A stretch of DNA of 32,000 nucleotides from NCBI RefSeq assembly GCF_000018785.1, contig NC_010163.1, forward strand, positions 330,001 through 362,000, in the 5' to 3' direction. The stretch comes from Acholeplasma laidlawii PG-8A (GTDB lineage Bacteria > Bacillota_I > Bacilli_A > Acholeplasmatales > Acholeplasmataceae). Both the position numbers and the translations under genes were made by a program. Below are positions 25,599 to 32,000 of this stretch, piece by piece; positions within the stretch are counted from its first letter, which is position 1, and each line of letters starts with the position of its first letter. A model generated the notes under the pieces. It did no database searches. It saw nothing but the letters and a program-made list of their open reading frames with translations, and was not told where the DNA came from.

Positions 25599-25716
25599 TC
25601 TTGTTAAGTTATGATTCATGTGTAAAACATACATACACTTACCTGAATTTTTATGTGTTCTATGCTAAAATAAACATAGTATACTTTTCATGAAAATAGT
25701 ATAAGGAGGATGAAGT

Positions 25717-26421
25717 ATGTTAGAAGCAATCTATCTAACTAAGGCATATGATAACTTACTCGTTTTAGATGGTGCATCATTTAAAGTTGAAAAAAATCAA
25801 ATTGTTGGTTTACTAGGGCCAAATGGTAGTGGTAAAACAACAATTATTAAACTCATCAATGATCTCATTAAACCCACGAGTGGTCATATCATATTTAAGG
25901 GACACAAATTAAATATAGAAGATAAATCAAATATTGCGTATTTACCAGAGCGTAGTGCGCTTAATATGAGTCAAACTGTTTTAGATGTTATAAAGATGTA
26001 TAAAGACTTCTTTAGTGATTTTAATCAAGAACATGCCAAGCACATATTAAAATTGTTTGAAGTACCTGTAACTAAAAGATTATCTCAATTATCAAAAGGT
26101 CAACGAGGTAAGGTACAACTTGCACTTACACTCGGTAGAAAAGTAGATTTATATATACTAGATGAACCGCTAGACGGTATGGATCCAGCATCCAGAGACT
26201 TAATCATGAAGATTGTCTTAAAATATAAAAAGGAAGATTCCACGGTTTTAATCTCTACACACCAAATTACTGATATAGAATCTTATTTAGATTACGTTAT
26301 TTTATTGAAAAACGGAAAAATAATTGAGGCAGATCTTGCAAAAAATTTAGAATCTAGACACAATCTGACTTTATCTGCTTATTTTAAGGAGGTCTATAAA
26401 TATGATGAAGAAATTATATAA
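25717..26421 (+). CDS. ABC transporter ATP-binding protein
   Basis: The 234-aa ORF has Walker A GPNGSGKTT, signature LSKGQRGK and Walker B LYILDEP. A GGAGG RBS is present. Confidence 0.9.
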   Translation: MLEAIYLTKAYDNLLVLDGASFKVEKNQIVGLLGPNGSGKTTIIKLINDLIKPTSGHIIFKGHKLNIEDKSNIAYLPERSALNMSQTVLDVIKMYKDFFSDFNQEHAKHILKLFEVPVTKRLSQLSKGQRGKVQLALTLGRKVDLYILDEPLDGMDPASRDLIMKIVLKYKKEDSTVLISTHQITDIESYLDYVILLKNGKIIEADLAKNLESRHNLTLSAYFKEVYKYDEEII

Positions 26422-27172
26422 ATGGGACCTTATTCACTTTTTTAATCAACTTAAATGGGTGTTTTTAGCTACTTTATTTGTCACAGCTTTAGCAGCTATA
26501 TTTAAAACCTTTAGTGATACAAATATCATTTGGGGATCGTTATATAATACAGCATTTATTATGAGTATCGCAGGTATCATCATTGGTTTAGTGTATAGTT
26601 TCTTTGCTATATTTCAAAGATACTACAACACTATTTTAAAAGATGAAGCATACTTTACGCACACATTACCCATTTCAAAGGGTAAGATATTACTTTCTAA
26701 AGTACTATCAGGTTTTTCATTATTTTTAATTGCAATATTGGTTGCAGCAGCACTACTTATTTGGATTGATGTGATCAATCTAAAAGAATTATTTAGTCTA
26801 CAGAGTATTGATCAAGGTCTGTTTTGGATGACAATACTAAGTATTTCATCGATGGTAATCATGTTCTTTGTTTTCATTGTAGTTATTTATGCAGCATTAA
26901 CCTTTGGATTTAGTTATAACAAACGCGAATGGTTATATGTATTTGTTTATTTCATTTTATACTATATGGCAAATCAATTCTTAAGTTTAATTAATTTTGG
27001 TATTAATCTTTTAATCAATCCAAATTTACTTGATGTAGAAAATACAGAAGTATTTACTGCATTAAGTGGTATATTGATTATTCAATTAATATGTTCAATT
27101 GGATTAGGTGTCCTAAACTTCTATATTGCAAGAATACTCATGATTAAAAGACTTAACTTAAAAAATGGTTAA
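26402..27172 (+). CDS. ABC-2-type integral membrane (permease-like) partner
   Basis: The 256-aa ORF has about six TM segments and the DEAYFTHTLPISK motif seen in permease partners of small Firmicute ABC-2 exporters. It overlaps the ATPase gene by 20 nt and has a GGAGG RBS. Confidence 0.6.
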   Translation: MMKKLYKWDLIHFFNQLKWVFLATLFVTALAAIFKTFSDTNIIWGSLYNTAFIMSIAGIIIGLVYSFFAIFQRYYNTILKDEAYFTHTLPISKGKILLSKVLSGFSLFLIAILVAAALLIWIDVINLKELFSLQSIDQGLFWMTILSISSMVIMFFVFIVVIYAALTFGFSYNKREWLYVFVYFILYYMANQFLSLINFGINLLINPNLLDVENTEVFTALSGILIIQLICSIGLGVLNFYIARILMIKRLNLKNG

Positions 27173-27177
27173 TACGT

Positions 27178-27210
27178 AAAAACTTCATCTTGATTAGGTG
27201 AAGTTTTTTT
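27178..27210 (+). terminator. probable rho-independent terminator after the ABC-2 pair
   Basis: Stem AAAAACTTCA (27178-27187) / TGAAGTTTTT (27199-27208) with an 11-nt loop and a T7 run. It is AT-rich and therefore weak. Confidence 0.5.
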
Positions 27211-27290
27211 ATTAAATCATTTTTGTATATCTTGATTTTGTGTATAATAATACTCAGGGTAAAACATTTTTATGATAAGGATAAGTATAT

Positions 27291-30119
27291 ATGTTAGAAC
27301 TAAGAAATATTGGAAAAACCTACGCTACCAAAAAGGGTGTTAGCGTTAAGGCTTTAGATAATGTCAGTGTCGTCTTTGGTAAGACTGGACTGGTTTTTGT
27401 CACAGGAAAATCCGGATCGGGTAAATCAACGCTCCTTAATTTAATTGGCGGACTAGACACTTATGATACTGGGGATATGATTATTAATCAAAAATCCAGT
27501 CAAGATTTTAAACAAAAGGATTTTGATTCCTATAGAAATACGATGGTTGGATTTATATTCCAAGAATATAATATTCTAGAAGAGTTTAGTGTTGCTCAAA
27601 ATATCGGTTTAGCACTTGCACTGCAAGGTCAAAAAGTGAGTGATGAAGCAGTCAATGATTTACTAAAAAAATTAGATATTGAAGGTTTAGGCAATCGTAG
27701 TCCAAATGAATTATCTGGTGGACAAAAACAAAGAGTAGCCATTGCGCGTGCACTAGTTAAAAACCCTCAAATTATTTTGGCAGATGAACCAACTGGTGCA
27801 CTAGATAGTAACACCGGTATTCAGTTACTTGAAACTCTAAAATCATTATCTAAAGACAGATTAGTCATTGTAATTTCTCATGATTTAGAGTTTGCACGTA
27901 AATATGCAGACAGAATTGTGCATTTTGTAGATGGTAAGATTGCTTATGATATTACTTATACTGGAGAAGAAAGCCAAAGTGATGAACCAGTTAAGTTTAC
28001 GGATAAAGGCATTACGATTGAACCTAAATATCAATTAACGGCAGAAGATTTAAAAGTAATCAATGCGTACTTACAAAACCAAACCAAACCGACACACATA
28101 AAGAAGATAAGTGATCAAACGTATAGTGGGTTTAGTACAACAGATACATCAGATATAGAACAAAGTAGTGAACCATTTAAGTTAGTAAAATCCAAACTAC
28201 CATTTAAAGCATCACTTTCTATGTCTTTAAATGCTTTAATACATAAAAAAATAAGACTGGTTTTTACAATACTTCTTACAACCATTTCTTTAGTTATGTT
28301 TGGTAGTGTAGATACACTATCAAACTTTAATGCAGAAGATAAATCCTATGAAGTATTTGAAAAAAATAACTATAACTATTTGATGCTTAAAAACTATAAA
28401 CGTGGTGGTGATAGTAGTTGGTATTACTATACTGAAGTGAATTTAGATGAGGAAGTTTTTCAAAGTGCTTCAGATTTATATAGTAACTCCATACTTATAC
28501 CCGTATATCCACTAAGTCTTAGTTTGGATGCATACATTAAATATGATTGGAATAAACCTAGTTTTTATGATGCATATTATTATACAAGCTTCATTGAAAT
28601 TGATAATGAAACACTTCTAGGTACAAACTTTGAAGTCACTGGTAGATTACCACAAAACTTGAATGAAGTTGTTGTACCAATGCACTTTTATCAAAGTGTA
28701 GCGTATTACGGTTTTAATAAAGAAGATAGTGTTAAAGATATTAATGAGATGGACGATCTCATTGGCGAGATGCTGTATTTTAATGAAAGAAATATGAAGA
28801 TTGTAGGTATTATAGACTACAAAGATGATTTATCAGTCTATGAGGAACTTAAAGTATCTGGTTGGAATCAAGGTGTTGATACACCTCAAAATTACTATAA
28901 GTATGTAAATCGATTAAGAGAAGGAACACTGGGACTATTTATATTTGGTGAAGGTTACTATGAAAGTCTTAGACACGTTAAGAATTCTCGTGTAGAGGCA
29001 GTTTTTTATTTAGAAAATGAACGGATGCATCAATTTAGCACGGTAGCTAAAATAACGGATGTAGATGCCGAAACTATTAAATACTTTGATAGTGTAGATC
29101 CATTGAATTTAGGTGAGAATGATATTGTAATTAATGAATATCATTTGGGTAACATGATACATCGAGATTTAGGTGATTATCAGTATAATACAATCATCGT
29201 GGATTTTCTAGTAGAAACCTACTATGATGAACTAAATTTATTATTAGCAGAACACTTTCCGATGTATGAGACAGTAGATGATATTCCTGACGAGGATAGA
29301 ATTGCTATCATTGGTTATGAATTATATGGATACATATCTGATGCAGAAAGATATACTAAAGCATTCAATGCTGTGGTTGAATTCTATCTATCAACAAGTG
29401 AAGCGCCTAGTTTTCAAGTTGATTTTTTCAAAGATTATTACACAAACTACCCAATTATAGGACTTCGTGTTGTAGGATTTACTAGTGATGAGGATAATGT
29501 TTATGCATACCATGTAAGTAATGAACTTTATGACGAATTATATATTGAAGGTGAAATAATCTATAACTTTATTCTAGTAAGCACTAAAGATATGAAGCGT
29601 GAAGATTTTAATAAGATGGTTCAACAAAGTATGAATAAAGGTTTGTTATATAAGGTATCCTTACAAGATGAAAATATTGATTACATGATTATGCTTAGTG
29701 AAACTGTATATGGTATGCAACAATTCTTTTTCTGGACAGCTGTCATACTTGCAGGATTTGCAGCACTCTTGATGTTTACCTTTATTAGTTCTAGTGTGAG
29801 CCATAGTAAACAAGAAATTGGCATCTTACGTGCAATTGGTGCAAGTAGTAGAGATGTCTTAGGCATTTTCTCAAAAGAAACACTGATGATTTCTATTATG
29901 AATGCGGTATTAGGTGTGATTGGGACTGTTATTATAACAAAACTCTTGAATGATTCTATGATATATAATCTAAATCTAGGTACCACACTATTTGATGTTG
30001 GCATCAGACAAATCATATTAGTTACCTTAATTAGTATTGTTATAGGCTATCTATCCAGTGCATTACCAGTCTTAAAAACAGCATCTAAAAAACCAATTGA
30101 TGCGATCAAAAATAAATAA
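27291..30119 (+). CDS. fused ABC ATPase / FtsX-type permease (MacB-like) with a very large extracytoplasmic domain
   Basis: 942-aa ORF. The N-terminal LolD/MacB-type ATPase has GKSGSGKST, LSGGQKQRVAIARAL and ILADEPTGALD. TM1 lies at aa ~322-342, followed by a ~470-aa hydrophilic domain and then three C-terminal FtsX-type TMs (aa ~812-935, IGILRAIGAS motif). Confidence 0.85.
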   Translation: MLELRNIGKTYATKKGVSVKALDNVSVVFGKTGLVFVTGKSGSGKSTLLNLIGGLDTYDTGDMIINQKSSQDFKQKDFDSYRNTMVGFIFQEYNILEEFSVAQNIGLALALQGQKVSDEAVNDLLKKLDIEGLGNRSPNELSGGQKQRVAIARALVKNPQIILADEPTGALDSNTGIQLLETLKSLSKDRLVIVISHDLEFARKYADRIVHFVDGKIAYDITYTGEESQSDEPVKFTDKGITIEPKYQLTAEDLKVINAYLQNQTKPTHIKKISDQTYSGFSTTDTSDIEQSSEPFKLVKSKLPFKASLSMSLNALIHKKIRLVFTILLTTISLVMFGSVDTLSNFNAEDKSYEVFEKNNYNYLMLKNYKRGGDSSWYYYTEVNLDEEVFQSASDLYSNSILIPVYPLSLSLDAYIKYDWNKPSFYDAYYYTSFIEIDNETLLGTNFEVTGRLPQNLNEVVVPMHFYQSVAYYGFNKEDSVKDINEMDDLIGEMLYFNERNMKIVGIIDYKDDLSVYEELKVSGWNQGVDTPQNYYKYVNRLREGTLGLFIFGEGYYESLRHVKNSRVEAVFYLENERMHQFSTVAKITDVDAETIKYFDSVDPLNLGENDIVINEYHLGNMIHRDLGDYQYNTIIVDFLVETYYDELNLLLAEHFPMYETVDDIPDEDRIAIIGYELYGYISDAERYTKAFNAVVEFYLSTSEAPSFQVDFFKDYYTNYPIIGLRVVGFTSDEDNVYAYHVSNELYDELYIEGEIIYNFILVSTKDMKREDFNKMVQQSMNKGLLYKVSLQDENIDYMIMLSETVYGMQQFFFWTAVILAGFAALLMFTFISSSVSHSKQEIGILRAIGASSRDVLGIFSKETLMISIMNAVLGVIGTVIITKLLNDSMIYNLNLGTTLFDVGIRQIILVTLISIVIGYLSSALPVLKTASKKPIDAIKNK

Positions 30120-30130
30120 GAAATGTAGTT

Positions 30131-30164
30131 AAAGGTAATAATATGTTTTTATTACCTTTTTTTC
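30131..30164 (+). terminator. rho-independent terminator after the MacB-like gene
   Basis: Stem AAAGGTAATAA (30131-30141) / TTATTACCTTT (30149-30159) with a 7-nt loop, followed by a T-run. Confidence 0.7.
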
Positions 30165-30240
30165 TTTTGGATTATAACTTCCTTTGACTTGAAGTTGGTA
30201 TAAATTCTATAATGTAACTATAGAATGAAGAGGCATACAT

Positions 30241-31110
30241 ATGAAAATACTTACAAATTTACATGATAAGAATAAGTTAGATGATTTACTCAAAGTAGCT
30301 GATGGTATCATTTTAGGTGATGCTAAATATGCCAAAACACTTACTAGTGACTTTGGTAGTGATACTATAAACCTTATTGAAAAGATTTATGAAGCAAAAA
30401 AAGAAGTTTTTGTTTTATTAAATAGAGTATTTACCGATAAAGAACTAGATTCCATTAAACCATATATTTTAAGTTTACCTGTGGATAAAATCACTGGTTT
30501 TATGGGTGCAGACTTAGGTTTAATTGATACTTTTAAAACTTTAAATATAGAACATAAATTTATCTATAACCCTGAAACCTTACTAACAAATGATGAGGAT
30601 TTTAATGATCTATCAAGTGAAGGTATTATGGGCGCATTTGTTTCTAAAGAAATTACTTTAGAAGACATTTTAGAAATTGGTCAACTAAAAAAATATAAGA
30701 TGTTTTACTTTGGACATGGTCACATGTCCATGTTCTACTCAAAAAGACCGATGCTAAAAACATTTAATGACCATAGAGGTTTGGATAATTACTTGCATGA
30801 TGATAAAACACTAACACTTACAGAAGAACGAAGACTTAACGAAGCATATCCTGTATTAGAAGACGATGCAGGTACGCATGTATTTCGTGGTACAGTCTTT
30901 AATAGTTTCAAAGTGATTGAACCCCTAAAGACTGTTGTTGATTATTTTATTGTGGATACATTATTTATGGATGATGATTATGCTTATAAATTAATCCCAA
31001 TGTATAAAAATAACGACTTTGACTTACAACTTATCACCGATTATAAACAAACACTACATGATGGATTCTTATTTGATGAGTCTACAATTAAGGGAGAGAA
31101 AAATGACTGA
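30241..31110 (+). CDS. peptidase U32 family protein, YrrN-like paralog lacking the Cys signature
   Basis: The 289-aa ORF has a U32/TIM-barrel-like layout. The position of the U32 signature reads MFYFGHGHMSMFYSKRPML, with no Cys. It overlaps the canonical U32 gene that follows by 8 nt, matching the B. subtilis yrrN-yrrO arrangement. Confidence 0.65.
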   Translation: MKILTNLHDKNKLDDLLKVADGIILGDAKYAKTLTSDFGSDTINLIEKIYEAKKEVFVLLNRVFTDKELDSIKPYILSLPVDKITGFMGADLGLIDTFKTLNIEHKFIYNPETLLTNDEDFNDLSSEGIMGAFVSKEITLEDILEIGQLKKYKMFYFGHGHMSMFYSKRPMLKTFNDHRGLDNYLHDDKTLTLTEERRLNEAYPVLEDDAGTHVFRGTVFNSFKVIEPLKTVVDYFIVDTLFMDDDYAYKLIPMYKNNDFDLQLITDYKQTLHDGFLFDESTIKGEKND

Positions 31111-32000
31111 ACTACTCGCTCCAGCTGGAGATTTAGATAAACTAAAGATTGCTATTATATATGGCGCAGATGCTGTATTTATTGGAGGTAAACAATTTAG
31201 TTTACGTGCCAATGCATCAAACTTTACAAAAGAAGATCTAATTGAAGGTTGTAAGTTCGCACATGATCGTGGCAAAAAAGTGTATGTTACAACAAACGTG
31301 ATACCACATCAAAAAGATAAAGAAGGCTTAATTGAATATTTAAAAATATTAGAAGAAGCTAAAGTAGATGCAATTATTGCAGCAAGTCCTTTAATTATTA
31401 ATACCGCTTTAAAACATACAAACCTAGAAGTGCATATTTCTACTCAACAATCAGCATTAAACGTCCCAACAGTAAACTATTGGTACAATAAAGGTGCTAC
31501 AAGGGTTGTTTTAGGACGTGATATTGATTTAAACGACATTGAACACATTACTAAACATGTAGACGCTGAAATCGAAGTATTTATCCATGGTGGTATGTGT
31601 GCAGGTTACAGTGGACGCTGTTCACTTTCTAACCACTTAACCAATAGAGATGCAAACCGTGGTGGATGTGCACACACATGCCGCTGGTTCTTTGAACTAC
31701 AAAAGAATGGAGAAATAGAAGCAGATATTCCATTTAGCATGGGTTCAAAAGATTTAAGTGCGGTTAAAGAAATTACTAGACTTATGGATATTGGTGTTTC
31801 ATCATTAAAAATTGAAGGCCGCATGAAATCACTACATTATATTGCAACAGTAGTAAATACGTATCGTCGTATTATTGATGAATATACTGAAACTGGTGCA
31901 ATCAAAAACTATGAACTTTATGAAGAAATGCTGAAAAATGCTGAAAATAGAGAAACATCTCATGGTTTCTTTTATGGACTACCTACTAAAGATCAACAAC
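31103..32000 (+). CDS. peptidase U32 family protein, YrrO/TrhP-like (partial; runs off the window end)
   Basis: The ORF starts at ATG 31103 (RBS AGGGAGAG) and is open to the window end, so it is absent from the ORF track. It begins MTELLAPAGDLDKLKIAIIYGADAVFIGG and contains the U32 signature EVFIHGGMCAGYSGRCSLS. Confidence 0.85.
   Translation, partial: MTELLAPAGDLDKLKIAIIYGADAVFIGGKQFSLRANASNFTKEDLIEGCKFAHDRGKKVYVTTNVIPHQKDKEGLIEYLKILEEAKVDAIIAASPLIINTALKHTNLEVHISTQQSALNVPTVNYWYNKGATRVVLGRDIDLNDIEHITKHVDAEIEVFIHGGMCAGYSGRCSLSNHLTNRDANRGGCAHTCRWFFELQKNGEIEADIPFSMGSKDLSAVKEITRLMDIGVSSLKIEGRMKSLHYIATVVNTYRRIIDEYTETGAIKNYELYEEMLKNAENRETSHGFFYGLPTKDQQ

Noticed and set aside
1-32000. I scanned for CRISPR arrays, tRNA/rRNA genes, transposases, integrases, phage genes, toxin-antitoxin pairs and long DNA-level repeats.
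   Set aside because: I found no regularly spaced direct repeats and no GC-rich structured-RNA islands other than the SAM riboswitch and the C-rich element after topA. There are no recombinase-like ORFs. The ORFs tile the window with recognisable housekeeping or transport functions. This was a visual scan only, so tRNAscan, Infernal and a repeat finder should confirm it.

Overview
This is a strongly AT-rich chromosomal segment from a low-GC Bacillota/Mollicutes-like organism. Gene content and order look Acholeplasma-like. TGA is used as a stop codon, Trp is TGG and an RF2 gene is present, so the standard bacterial code applies. About 26 protein genes tile the window with few gaps, and most are housekeeping. 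In order they are: infB (3' end)-rbfA; a convergent LytTR-regulator/beta-propeller membrane protein pair; priA-fmt-pgpA-like-membrane HD-like protein; SAM-I riboswitch-metK-lemA; secA-prfB-yitT-recX; a Cof-type HAD hydrolase; membrane protein-ftsK-rbgA-rnhB; and topA. After topA comes an accessory surface/transport block: a repeat-rich lipoprotein fused to a solute-binding domain, a two-gene ABC-2 type system and a fused MacB/FtsX-type ABC protein. The window ends with a pair of U32-family genes. I saw no rRNA, tRNA, CRISPR array, transposase, integrase or phage genes. The items most worth a second look are: (1) a promoter-to-terminator ~100-nt unit after topA carrying three ATCCCCT motifs, an RsaE/RoxS-like C-rich sRNA candidate; (2) a receiver-less LytTR regulator translationally coupled to a two-TM protein with a ~580-aa extracellular beta-propeller, with 21-bp-spaced repeats upstream, resembling an unusual LytTR regulatory system; (3) a PriA homolog whose helicase ATPase motifs and half of its zinc cysteines are degenerate; (4) a membrane protein with a degenerate HD-GYP-like domain; (5) an FtsK lacking membrane segments, coupled to an upstream membrane protein; (6) a chimeric lipoprotein and a MacB-like ABC protein with an oversized ectodomain. 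All family assignments come from motif recognition by eye, with no database search.
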